The notes beneath the pieces were generated by a model. That model did no database searches. It was not told where the DNA came from and was given only the letters and a program-made list of their open reading frames with translations. A stretch of DNA of 44,186 nt from a virus (taxonomy: Duplodnaviria > Heunggongvirae > Uroviricota > Caudoviricetes). Both the position numbers and the translations under genes were made by a program. Numbering within the stretch: position 1 is the stretch's first letter; every line of letters starts with the position of its first letter. The stretch lies in the IMG/VR virus record IMGVR_UViG_3300023707_000001; one strand, 5' to 3'. Positions 1 to 9,007 of the stretch are shown in pieces.

Positions 1-402
1 GCAGATAAAGCAGGTCTCGGTGTCACCGGTGTACGGGTCGAGCATAGTGGTTAAGTCACCGCATTCCTCGCATACATCCCGCTTGCATTCGCTGCAGGTG
101 TATACCTTATCGGACTTTTTCCCGCAAATTGCGCAAGTCCCGGATTTTGGCTTTTCGAGCTTTTCCTCATCCTCAAAATCTTTGTTTATCATATGGGAAA
201 GCTCACTAAGCGACATTTCCGGATGCTCGTCCTTAACGACCGGTTTTGCTGCAGTTTGCTTTTTGCTATTCTCTTGCTGCTTGCCCATATACAGCTTACA
301 GTCGAATTCGATTCGTCCAAGCTGTACGAGCGTTTGAAAATGCTGTACGTATTTGCACACATTCCTGTGTTGGCAAGTCCAGCAATCTCTCTTTACATCC
401 AA
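1..402 (-). CDS. Cys-rich zinc-finger protein (3' end runs off the window); missed by the ORF track
   Basis: Translated by hand from TTG at 402, 7 nt after SD AAGGAGG. MDVKRDCWTCQHRNVC...GTCAICGKK...TCSECKRDVCEECG; open to position 1 with several CxxC pairs. Confidence 0.75.
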   Translation of the reverse strand, partial: MDVKRDCWTCQHRNVCKYVQHFQTLVQLGRIEFDCKLYMGKQQENSKKQTAAKPVVKDEHPEMSLSELSHMINKDFEDEEKLEKPKSGTCAICGKKSDKVYTCSECKRDVCEECGDLTTMLDPYTGDTETCFIC

Positions 403-403
403 G

Positions 404-433
404 ATTATACCTCCTTACTTACAACTTTGTCAA
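404..433 (-). promoter_or_regulatory. Consensus sigma70/SigA-type promoter
   Basis: TTGACA-18 nt-TATAAT with an A-rich upstream tract; the spacer contains the AAGGAGG SD of the next gene. Confidence 0.6.
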
Positions 434-446
434 TAGTTTTTTGTTA

Positions 447-1607
447 TTAAGCTGTCCATAATGCAAAACGTTTGTTTACGAATTGCTGGGCAACAAATGC
501 CTCATCCGGGTCATCGATAGAATCCAGAATACGACGAATGTCCGGCAATACAGCCTGTTGTTTTGCCATAATCGCTGCGTCTACGCCATCTATGATGTCC
601 TTCAGCGCATAATGCGAATAAGACATTGTATGGGATTCTACGAATGGCTTCAGGTACTCTTTCATATCCTTACCCAAATCCGCAATGTCTCGGTCATCCG
701 GCAATACAACCATTTTGCTGTTATGCACGCCGGCAGAGATTAAGGCCTCCATGGCCTTTACTGTGCCTGAACGCCCTGCCTTATCATTGTCATAACAAAG
801 AATCGGCGTGAAGCCGTGCTCTTTAATGAAGTTGATATGGCTCTCGGATAGCGAGCTGGTCATCGTGGCCACGGCATTGGGTATGCCATATTTGTCCGCG
901 ATGATTGCATCAACCTGCCCTTCCACAATGAACAATGTTTTATTGCTGCGGTTTACAAAGCTGACGCCGTAGAAGTTATCCTTTTTCTTGAAATATTTCG
1001 AGGCGCTGGTATTTTTATACTTGCCTCCAGATTGCTGCGACTTTTGTGAAAAAGCGCGGTTAGAAAAACCGATAACTTCGCCGATGGCATTAAAGATTGG
1101 GAACGTAATCCTATCTCCGTCAAACCCTAAGTGCCATTTTTTAATATCATCGTCATTAAGGCCACGGCAGTAAAGATAATTCCGCACAAATGGCGTAAGG
1201 TTATTCTCATACCGCCGGCAGTCTTTCATATTTTTCTGGTAAACCGAATCGGTCTTCTTTTCTTCCATAGGAATCCCGTATTGGTCCGCAATCACTTTTA
1301 CTGCCTGCGGAAAGCTTAATATCTGCCCTGTTTCATTGTAGTGCATCCATTGGATAAAGGCGATATTATCGCTCCCGCTTACCGGGCCGCTTCTATCGTG
1401 ATGACAGCCATAACAACACCAGGATTCTATTCCGTTGGCGTTATTGGTGTACACCGTAAAAGATGCCGTGCTGTCGTCATGGCTTGGATTAGGGCATTTC
1501 CCCTGCAGGATACCGCTTCCTGCAGGAGAGAGGTTCGTGTAACGGCTGGCAAGCCCTTGGACTCCCAGCCTCTTAATTGTATCAATAAAACCGGGAGATA
1601 AGGACAT
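447..1607 (-). CDS. dnaG: DnaG-type DNA primase (CHC2 zinc finger + TOPRIM)
   Basis: CPNPSHDD...CCYGCH zinc-binding domain; ITFPI..IGFSNR; IVEGQVD and CYDNDKAG TOPRIM motifs. Confidence 0.93.
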   Translation of the reverse strand: MSLSPGFIDTIKRLGVQGLASRYTNLSPAGSGILQGKCPNPSHDDSTASFTVYTNNANGIESWCCYGCHHDRSGPVSGSDNIAFIQWMHYNETGQILSFPQAVKVIADQYGIPMEEKKTDSVYQKNMKDCRRYENNLTPFVRNYLYCRGLNDDDIKKWHLGFDGDRITFPIFNAIGEVIGFSNRAFSQKSQQSGGKYKNTSASKYFKKKDNFYGVSFVNRSNKTLFIVEGQVDAIIADKYGIPNAVATMTSSLSESHINFIKEHGFTPILCYDNDKAGRSGTVKAMEALISAGVHNSKMVVLPDDRDIADLGKDMKEYLKPFVESHTMSYSHYALKDIIDGVDAAIMAKQQAVLPDIRRILDSIDDPDEAFVAQQFVNKRFALWTA

Positions 1608-1610
1608 AGC

Positions 1611-2222
1611 TTATGCCGCCTCCTCTGCCTTATTCGATTTTTTGCGCGGCTTTGCAAGCGTTACCTGCAGGCCGTCTTTCTTGTTGATATGTGCTCCGTG
1701 GATAATGTTGCCTTCCGCATCCACAAAGTTATGGCCGGACTTATCCGTGGTCAGGGCAGACCGCAACTTCGTCTTGTTAATCACCACTTTGTCTTCTGCG
1801 CACTTATCGAAGATGCCGTTAACCCGCAGATACTTAATCAGTTCTGCTTCGTTTTCTGCATCAAGCTCGACAGTGCCAATATCTTCCTTGAGCTGCACAT
1901 TGCCATGGAGAAGCGGATAAGAGCCTTTCTTACCTTTAAGCTTCTGGAATGCGTAGGTCTTAAGCTGTTCCGTTCGGTACTCTACGAAGCTGCGCAGCTT
2001 GCCATTAAGACGCTGGTCGTAATCATCCAGCAACTCTTTAAGCTCCGCCTTTTTCGCCTTTACCAGTTTTTCATTTTCTTCAATTTTCGCTTTTGCCCAA
2101 AGGACTTTAGCGAAAGCATCATCGGCAGCACTATCATCTGCAAAAACAGGGATGATATTTTCTTCTGCCATAACGGTTTTTTCTGCTTCTTTATCGGACA
2201 TTAAGTCCAAAAGCATACCCAT
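1611..2222 (-). CDS. Mu Gam-like DNA end-binding / host nuclease inhibitor protein
   Basis: Long N-terminal helix, then LLHGNVQLK...ELIKYL...INKTKLR pattern typical of the Gam family; ends EEAA. Confidence 0.6.
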   Translation of the reverse strand: MGMLLDLMSDKEAEKTVMAEENIIPVFADDSAADDAFAKVLWAKAKIEENEKLVKAKKAELKELLDDYDQRLNGKLRSFVEYRTEQLKTYAFQKLKGKKGSYPLLHGNVQLKEDIGTVELDAENEAELIKYLRVNGIFDKCAEDKVVINKTKLRSALTTDKSGHNFVDAEGNIIHGAHINKKDGLQVTLAKPRKKSNKAEEAA

Positions 2223-2295
2223 TATCCATCATTCCTTTCTCGGTTTTATTAAAATAGCATCCCCCGGCGGGATTTCCACCGGGATGGGATGCATA

Positions 2296-4050
2296 TTATT
2301 CAAGGATACGCTCAGCATACCCTTTCTTTTTGGAAACAATCTTTTCGGCAATTTCATCCCAGCTATGCCGCATAAGCAGCTGAAATACAAACACGTTTTT
2401 GTGGATGGAATCTGCACGCTGTATGCGTCCATGCCTTTGTGTCTGCTTTGCCGCAGAGTCAGCCAGCTCAAATTCTATCATGTACTTTGTGGAACTTAAG
2501 TTGAGTCCGGCTTCTCCACTGTCGGTAAGCAGAAGGATGTCGTGGCCGGCCATTGTTTTATGCCGCCGCAATACTTCTGTGCGTTCTTCCGCAGACGTAC
2601 TGCCGAGAATACAGTCTACTTCAACGTTCTTAAGCGCTGCGGATTTCGCAAACTCGCGCTTTAAAATGTCCTGCATATGTATAAACTTGGAGAAGATACA
2701 CACTTTTTCACCAGATGCGATTATCTTTTCCACCAAATCTACACATGTAGAAATTTTGCTGGACTTACTGTTTGTGATATAAACCTTTGCCATATTCGAT
2801 TCAGAAAGCTCCAGGAGCTCTTCCGAATCCGCCTGCATTTGCGCAAAACTTTGGCGGGCGGCAATGCCGTTTTCAAGCGCCTGAAATTCTGCATTCTGTG
2901 CAAGCTGTGTTGGTGTAAACCTGGCATACATGGCTTTTTTCTTTTCAGACAGGTCATCAATTTCCTGCATTAACCTGTCGTATGCCGCTGCCTGCTTATC
3001 TGTCGGGTCACAATAAACCTGACGGACAATTTGCTGCGGCAGCTGGTCTGCAATTTGTTCAAACGTCCGCTTAAATATGTGCGGCTCAACAATTCGCGCA
3101 AGCTGTTCCTCATTCTGGGAGCCGGACACCCTGCCATACCAGAATTTTAGATATGTGCGGTCAAATTCCTTTTCATTGGGAAAAAGCTCTGGGGTAATGA
3201 AAGAAAATATCCCGAACAAGTCTTTTGGATTTTTGCGTATAGGAGTTGCTGTTGCGCCAAAACGATACTTTGCTTTGTTGAACTCATACAGAGCCATGGA
3301 GCGATCCGTAGTATTACTCTTAATACAATCTGCTTCGTCTACATACCAGAACTGGATATTCTGTTTATGCAGCATAAAGCGGACAAACTCGTCTGTTATG
3401 ACTTCGTAGTTAATTACAAAAATATCATACTTGGTCGTATCAAAAGCCTCGATGAAAATATGCCGTCGTTCTTCCGTGAGTTTTTCAATCTCCCGTTTCA
3501 GCTTCATGATTTTGTTTCCATTTTCTTTCAGCTTTACTGACAACTTTTCGATTTTCTTTTCCCGGCTTTTTATGCGGTTAGTAAAATTTTTCGTAATAGA
3601 CTTAAAAGTAAAGATTACATTCGCTCTTAAGTTGGTAAACTTAGTGATTTCGTCTCTCCACTGGTTTTTTAGCGCAGCTTTTACAACAAAGACGCCGCGC
3701 AAATCTGGAGTTTCTTTTCGGAGCTCTAAGAAGGCACCGAGTCCAATAGGGGTCTTTCCGGCCCCACAAGGCAATTGTATCAAACCGTTTTTTTGTTCTT
3801 TGCAGAAAGCGATAGCCTGTCGCTGATAATCATACGGCTTAAGCAATAAATCTTCGCCAATACCCTGATTATTTAGCCTATCACTTATCTTCTGCGCTTC
3901 AACAGAAGAACAGTACCAACTTTTTGCCTTATCGTCATAATATTTTGGGGATATGCTGCTTAATAGCTTTGCATATTCCATATATTCCGATAGTGAGTTC
4001 CCGGAATATTTAATATAATAGTATTTGCCATTTTTCTTGAGCGTGACCAT
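2296..4050 (-). CDS. SF2 SNF2/DEAD-like helicase
   Basis: CGAGKT (motif I), VDEAD (II), TATP (III), GLNL, QRHGRIQR (VI); start placed at MVTLKK after AAGGAAGTG. Confidence 0.9.
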   Translation of the reverse strand: MVTLKKNGKYYYIKYSGNSLSEYMEYAKLLSSISPKYYDDKAKSWYCSSVEAQKISDRLNNQGIGEDLLLKPYDYQRQAIAFCKEQKNGLIQLPCGAGKTPIGLGAFLELRKETPDLRGVFVVKAALKNQWRDEITKFTNLRANVIFTFKSITKNFTNRIKSREKKIEKLSVKLKENGNKIMKLKREIEKLTEERRHIFIEAFDTTKYDIFVINYEVITDEFVRFMLHKQNIQFWYVDEADCIKSNTTDRSMALYEFNKAKYRFGATATPIRKNPKDLFGIFSFITPELFPNEKEFDRTYLKFWYGRVSGSQNEEQLARIVEPHIFKRTFEQIADQLPQQIVRQVYCDPTDKQAAAYDRLMQEIDDLSEKKKAMYARFTPTQLAQNAEFQALENGIAARQSFAQMQADSEELLELSESNMAKVYITNSKSSKISTCVDLVEKIIASGEKVCIFSKFIHMQDILKREFAKSAALKNVEVDCILGSTSAEERTEVLRRHKTMAGHDILLLTDSGEAGLNLSSTKYMIEFELADSAAKQTQRHGRIQRADSIHKNVFVFQLLMRHSWDEIAEKIVSKKKGYAERILE

Positions 4051-4077
4051 GTTTCTAGTGCTCACTTCCTTTTTGAG

Positions 4078-4102
4078 AAAAAGCCCTGCCAAAAGGCAAG
4101 GC
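4078..4102 (-). terminator. Intrinsic terminator
   Basis: GCCUUGCC-UUUU-GGCAGGGC followed by U5; the G-U pair works on the minus strand. Confidence 0.6.
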
Positions 4103-4140
4103 GATTCTCACATTATCTGATTTGGCAAAAAACTTGTATA

Positions 4141-4590
4141 TTACGCCATGCTGTCAGCAAATGCGTAAGTGTCAGCCTGCGCATACACTCTATTTGCAAA
4201 CAGTGCGTCACGGGCAATAGACAAGGCAAGCACAGCATCTTTTTTGATGCCGCACTTTGCATACAGCATTTTTGCCAGTTCGTCACAAACATCATGTCCG
4301 GCAAGCATCTGCGGGGCAAAGAAGCTTAAAATAGCATAAACATCTTTGTCAGGGGCGCCCGTCATTTCGTGATACCGGCTTCCCCTCGCCCGAATGTCAT
4401 CCATGAAGGAGATAATCCCCTCCCATGTAACACCGTACGCCTCGCATTCCTCCAGGACCTCGTCGTCAATCCCCGACTCAGAATCGTCGTTCAGGTTTGC
4501 AAAGTAAAAAATAACTTTGTCAAGTTCATCTTCCGTCAAAGTGCTCAAAAATTGAACTTTCAGCGCAAGAAAAGACAATTCTTTTTCCAA
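4141..4590 (-). CDS. Hypothetical protein
   Basis: 149-aa ORF, TTG start after GGAGG, fits the gene tiling. Confidence 0.7.
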   Translation of the reverse strand: MEKELSFLALKVQFLSTLTEDELDKVIFYFANLNDDSESGIDDEVLEECEAYGVTWEGIISFMDDIRARGSRYHEMTGAPDKDVYAILSFFAPQMLAGHDVCDELAKMLYAKCGIKKDAVLALSIARDALFANRVYAQADTYAFADSMA

Positions 4591-4634
4591 CCTAACGTTA
4601 CCTCCTTGTCCCAGTCCGAGGAAGCAACGAACTA

Positions 4635-5888
4635 TTAAGCGTCCATGGTTAACATGTTCAAAATCGACTTTGATGCGTCATAAGTGATTCCTGTCATTTG
4701 ACGAACAAGTCTGTCTTTGTTCTGGGGCTCATTATTTTTCATAACAGCTTCCAGAACCCGCGCATTAAAATGGTCCATAACAGCCTCGACTCGATCCTTT
4801 ACGGTTTTTCGGAAGCCTTTGTAATCCTTTATATTTTCAGCATAAATGCGCTGGTCTTTCTTAAGTTGCTCATTTTCATCCATGAGCTTCTTCATTTGCG
4901 CTTCTACGGTTTTTATAACCTCTTCCTGATTCAGGGCTTCGGTTTCCAGCTCTTTTATTCGAGCGGCAAGCTTGGCCTCTTCTTCATGGAAGTGTTTTTG
5001 CTGAATGGTATTGTGTGTAGCAATGGCCTTTAGTAAAGTTTCCAAAGACTCGTTTTCAAAACCTTCGTCAGCCTGAGAAATTTTAATATTATTATTGGAT
5101 TCCGAAGCTTTGTCACCTAAAAAATGCTTTATGTTTTCATCCAGCATCCGTGACTCTCTTTCAGAAGCCTCTAATATACTATCATTATCTAGGTCATCTG
5201 TCAACACTTTTTTGGGACCATTGTCCCTATTGTGTTGAGCACGTTCAAAATCAACGCTGATTACGGATGGCTTTGCGTCTGCGCTCGTCCTGTGAACACA
5301 GAACAGACACCTGATATCATCAAATCTACCCTTATAAGACATAATGCCCATTTCGACCAATGCCCCGATTAGGTTATTTACTGCATCTTTGGGTTCCCTG
5401 ATGTATGCCATTAGCCTACGACGTTTTATCGGCTGATAAACATCATAGTCTTTGGCGGTAACCAGAATTGTATCCAAAATCGTCAACAGTTTTAACAGGA
5501 CCACATTATTGCATCCGTCGATTTTTTTCCTTGCTTTTGCGACCACTTCGTCAATCGTTGCTTGTTCGAGTTTCCGAAAATTTTTTTCCGTAAACTCATA
5601 TGCTTCGAACTCTTCTTTGGACCTTAGTTTAGTAAACATCATTGGAGATTTTTCACGGCGGACTTTTGCCGTCATGTCAACCTCCGGAATAATCATGTTG
5701 TCAGTAAACGGCAGGATACGTCTAATTTCCATACTTTTACGGTCATTATACGGTATCCCGTGTTTGCTAAGTGTCTCATTCAGTTCTTTGTTACTTAGCT
5801 TCGTTTGTTCTCCAAGGGGGAGCTGATTTGCCACAAAATCTGCAGCGCTCTGGTCGTTACCATTCTCCTTTGTCATATTCATATCCAA
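4635..5888 (-). CDS. Hypothetical protein with C-terminal coiled coil
   Basis: 417 aa; GGAGG SD; heptad-like region EEEAKLAARIKELE...ENEQLKK. Confidence 0.75.
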   Translation of the reverse strand: MDMNMTKENGNDQSAADFVANQLPLGEQTKLSNKELNETLSKHGIPYNDRKSMEIRRILPFTDNMIIPEVDMTAKVRREKSPMMFTKLRSKEEFEAYEFTEKNFRKLEQATIDEVVAKARKKIDGCNNVVLLKLLTILDTILVTAKDYDVYQPIKRRRLMAYIREPKDAVNNLIGALVEMGIMSYKGRFDDIRCLFCVHRTSADAKPSVISVDFERAQHNRDNGPKKVLTDDLDNDSILEASERESRMLDENIKHFLGDKASESNNNIKISQADEGFENESLETLLKAIATHNTIQQKHFHEEEAKLAARIKELETEALNQEEVIKTVEAQMKKLMDENEQLKKDQRIYAENIKDYKGFRKTVKDRVEAVMDHFNARVLEAVMKNNEPQNKDRLVRQMTGITYDASKSILNMLTMDA

Positions 5889-5918
5889 CCTCCGTTCACA
5901 TCCCCCGAGGCGAAAGTT

Positions 5919-7892
5919 TTAAGCACACACATCCATATATCTGCTGTCTATCTGTTTTATAAACGGTGATGGGGCAACCGCCCTGGCTCTACCGTTCTGC
6001 ATCATGGTCTGTGTGCTGCAAATGACGAGATATTCTTCTGCCCTCGTCATTGCAACGTAAAAGAGTCTCCTCTCCTCTTCTACGTCTTTTACTCCCTGAC
6101 AACGCCAGCTTGGGATAACACCTTCATTGGCTCCGATAATAAATACCATACGGAACTCTAATCCCTTTGAAGCATGCATGGTCATTAGAGTGACCATGTC
6201 ATCCGATTCGGCGTCGCCTTCAGCCGTAGTCAGTAAGTCTTCTAAAAACTCTCCCATTTCAATATACGTTTCTGCAATGTTCTCCAATTCGCGGATATTC
6301 TTAACACGTTCCTGATAAACTTCCTCATCTTTTTCGGTTTTTTTCAGGAAGTTAAGGTAATCAAAAGTGGTAAGTACTTTTTTAACTACATCCGCTGGTC
6401 GTGCCTCATTTTCGTCCAACCATTGGCTGATAGCCTCGAGTTTCCCAATAAACGCAGCAAGCATAGCTTTTCGCGAAACCTGTTCCTTGATTTTGCTCAA
6501 GCACAGTATTGCTGTGTTCACATCTATAATAGCATAGGATTTAAGATTCTGCAACGTTAAATCTGTAATTAACTCAATAGATTTGTCGCCGAGACCGCTC
6601 TTGTGAGCCTCCAAAACTCTTCTTAAGCTGCTCATATTCGATGGGTTGTGAAGGAAGTCCAGGAAGCTAAGCACATCTCTTATTTCCTTGCGGCGATAAA
6701 AAGATACGCCGCCCGTTATTGTATACGGAATTTTCATTTTCAGAAAAGCATCCTCAATATTACGGGACAAAAAAGATGTGCGATAAAGAATTGCAATTTC
6801 CCCATATTTCATGGTGCCTGTATCTACAATCTTCTGAATCGTAGATGCTACAAACTGAGCCTGTGCTTCCGGCGTAAGCTTTTCTGCGTAAATGATTTTC
6901 TCACCTACTGGATTTTCTGAGAAAATGTTTTTCTCATCCGGGCGGTGATTATATCGAATCAGACTCTGCGCAGCATTTACGATGGTTTGTGTGGAGCGAT
7001 AATTTTGTTCAAGGAAGAAATTCTTGTGTTTTACCTTGTTGACCGTGCCAAAGAGTTTGTCGATATCGGCTCCCCGGAAGCCGTATATGGCTTGGTCAGA
7101 ATCGCCTATGAGACAAAGGTTTTTTGTCTTGGGATTTGTTAATAAAAACAAGAATTTTGTATCGAGTACGGAACTATCCTGACACTCATCGGCCATGATG
7201 TATTTATACCTGTCATGGATTAATTGGCGTACTTCCATATTCTCTTCCAAGATGGTCGTCATGTTAAAGAGCAAATCGTCAAAGTCCATGGCGTTCTGTT
7301 CTTTTAATCGTGCCCGATACAATGAATATACCTGCAGCCCGTTTTGACAAGATGCAAGATTGCCATATTTAAGTCTGGCCTGTTCCGGGGTCAAATGTTC
7401 TCCCTTGAACTTGGAAATCCACCATAAAGACACGTCTGCCTTATCGTGTATCTCCAATTTTTTGTGAATCTTATTTACGATGGCCGTCTGGTCATCAGGG
7501 TCAATGATTGAGAAAGTATCTTTGTATCCAAGATAGGCGCAATAGCGTCTAAGCTGGCGTGCGCAGAAGCTGTGATACGTGCTCACGGTTACGCCTCTGG
7601 CCTCGTCACCAATGGTCCTCATCACGCGTTCATGTACTTCATTTGCAGCTTTTTTGGTAAATGAAAACGCAAGGATATTCGTAGACTTAACACCGCACTC
7701 AATCATGTAGGCAATCTTTTTTACGAGCGTACTCGTTTTACCAGCTCCCGGGCCTGCACTTACCATCGAGAACCCTTCATAATCCTGTGCCACTTGTCTT
7801 TGTGCCGGGTTCAACCCGTCTAAAATCTTCTCCTTGCGCTCATTGATTTGCTGCGCAGGAGTACAAAAATCATCTTCGTTAATGAAGCCCAA
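5919..7892 (-). CDS. pcrA: UvrD/PcrA SF1 helicase
   Basis: AGPGAGKT, FSFTKKAA, STYHSF, DECQD, GDSDQAIYGFRGA, QNYRS, MTMHASKGLEF, EERRLFYVAMTRA; TTG start after GGAGG. Confidence 0.93.
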   Translation of the reverse strand: MGFINEDDFCTPAQQINERKEKILDGLNPAQRQVAQDYEGFSMVSAGPGAGKTSTLVKKIAYMIECGVKSTNILAFSFTKKAANEVHERVMRTIGDEARGVTVSTYHSFCARQLRRYCAYLGYKDTFSIIDPDDQTAIVNKIHKKLEIHDKADVSLWWISKFKGEHLTPEQARLKYGNLASCQNGLQVYSLYRARLKEQNAMDFDDLLFNMTTILEENMEVRQLIHDRYKYIMADECQDSSVLDTKFLFLLTNPKTKNLCLIGDSDQAIYGFRGADIDKLFGTVNKVKHKNFFLEQNYRSTQTIVNAAQSLIRYNHRPDEKNIFSENPVGEKIIYAEKLTPEAQAQFVASTIQKIVDTGTMKYGEIAILYRTSFLSRNIEDAFLKMKIPYTITGGVSFYRRKEIRDVLSFLDFLHNPSNMSSLRRVLEAHKSGLGDKSIELITDLTLQNLKSYAIIDVNTAILCLSKIKEQVSRKAMLAAFIGKLEAISQWLDENEARPADVVKKVLTTFDYLNFLKKTEKDEEVYQERVKNIRELENIAETYIEMGEFLEDLLTTAEGDAESDDMVTLMTMHASKGLEFRMVFIIGANEGVIPSWRCQGVKDVEEERRLFYVAMTRAEEYLVICSTQTMMQNGRARAVAPSPFIKQIDSRYMDVCA

Positions 7893-7916
7893 CGCTTCGC
7901 CCTCCAATCTTAAAAC

Positions 7917-7944
7917 AAAAAATAGGACGGCCAACAGGCCGCCC
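7917..7944 (-). terminator. Intrinsic terminator after the DUF2997 gene
   Basis: GGGCGGCC-UGUU-GGCCGUCC then UAUUUUUU. Confidence 0.7.
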
Positions 7945-7950
7945 GCCTTA

Positions 7951-8142
7951 TCAGCCTACGTTAATGTGTACGTTCGGGCCGTTATCCCAGTATTCCGGCT
8001 TCTTGTCATCCTTTTTCAGGGAGCCGCCAAGGCTAAGCGTCAATGCTTCCATAACCTTAGTGCATTCCTGGCCGGTAATGCCAAACGTTTCGATGGTAAC
8101 TTCGCTTGTGTCATGTTTGATAGTAAACTCTACTTCTTTCAT
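7951..8142 (-). CDS. DUF2997-family small protein
   Basis: EVTIETFGITGQECTKVMEAL...KKPEYW matches the DUF2997 pattern as I recall it; next to DUF1257 and an AAA ATPase. Confidence 0.7.
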   Translation of the reverse strand: MKEVEFTIKHDTSEVTIETFGITGQECTKVMEALTLSLGGSLKKDDKKPEYWDNGPNVHINVG

Positions 8143-8177
8143 GCAAAAGTCCTCCTTCTAATAAAATGCTATTAAGG

Positions 8178-8200
8178 GCGGCGCTATTGCAAAGCGCCGC
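8178..8200. other. GC-rich intergenic stem-loop
   Basis: Perfect 8-bp stem GCGGCGCT/AGCGCCGC with 7-nt loop between the DUF1257 and DUF2997 genes; no adjacent U-tract. Confidence 0.5.
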
Positions 8201-8214
8201 TTACTTAACGGTAA

Positions 8215-8619
8215 TCAGGCTGCCAATGCAAAACGCATGACAATATCGCCGTTTTCCTTTACTTCCCTCTTAACCGGCATCATGTTCTGCTCTTTTACGA
8301 TGTGCTCGATTTTAACTTCGCTGTACCGCAGGGACAGGTCTTTTGCAAGTTTATTTGCATCAACCGAGCTGCGATAAGCTTCGCCGCCAATCGACAGGGA
8401 AAGCTTTCCTCCCTCTTTCTGCTCAAAATTGAACCGAACATTCGTCGGAGTGCCGTCGAGCAGAAGGGCTGCGTTGTTTTTCCCGAAGCTGGGCACGCCT
8501 GGCAGGTTCTTAAGCAGTTCTACCGAATATTTCTTGTTAATACGGTGAAGTGCTTCTTTTACCATGGGGACAGTAACATCCTCCAGGGCCTTGATTGAGA
8601 TGGTTGCATAATGTGACAT
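8215..8619 (-). CDS. DUF1257 (Ycf35-like) protein
   Basis: Starts MSHYATISIK...MVKEAL and ends ENGDIVMRF, typical of the family; C-terminus RFALAA. Confidence 0.7.
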   Translation of the reverse strand: MSHYATISIKALEDVTVPMVKEALHRINKKYSVELLKNLPGVPSFGKNNAALLLDGTPTNVRFNFEQKEGGKLSLSIGGEAYRSSVDANKLAKDLSLRYSEVKIEHIVKEQNMMPVKREVKENGDIVMRFALAA

Positions 8620-8975
8620 TAAGCATTCATTCCTTTCTGTGTCGTAAAACTTTCTTTTATCAAATTAAGCAGGAGTTTCCTGTCTGCTTCAAACTGTTCC
8701 GGATCGTCTTCTTCAAATCGACGATTCTCGATTAAGCGATACCCAACGGATAATGCGTTGGCAATCGCATTTAAGTGCGGGCTGATTAGCGCCTGTAAAA
8801 ACGGATACTTTACACAAGCCGGCTCTACTCGCCCTATATAGCTATCGGCTTCCGCCAAAATATCTAGGGCCTGGGCTCGCATTTTGTCCATTTCTTCTAC
8901 AGTGGTTCCAATTGCCTCACACTCTTCCCGTTCCTTACGGAAGCGAGCCTTTGTTTCTTCGTCTAACACGAACAA
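8619..8975 (-). CDS. Hypothetical protein
   Basis: 118-aa ORF; its stop overlaps the DUF1257 start (TAATG coupling). Confidence 0.65.
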   Translation of the reverse strand: MFVLDEETKARFRKEREECEAIGTTVEEMDKMRAQALDILAEADSYIGRVEPACVKYPFLQALISPHLNAIANALSVGYRLIENRRFEEDDPEQFEADRKLLLNLIKESFTTQKGMNA

Positions 8976-9007
8976 ACAGACATCACATCCTTTCTGTTAG
9001 CTTCGCT

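Noticed and set aside
2229-2471. 80-aa minus-strand ORF
   Set aside because: Mostly overlaps the helicase 3' end in another frame; no SD or motif.
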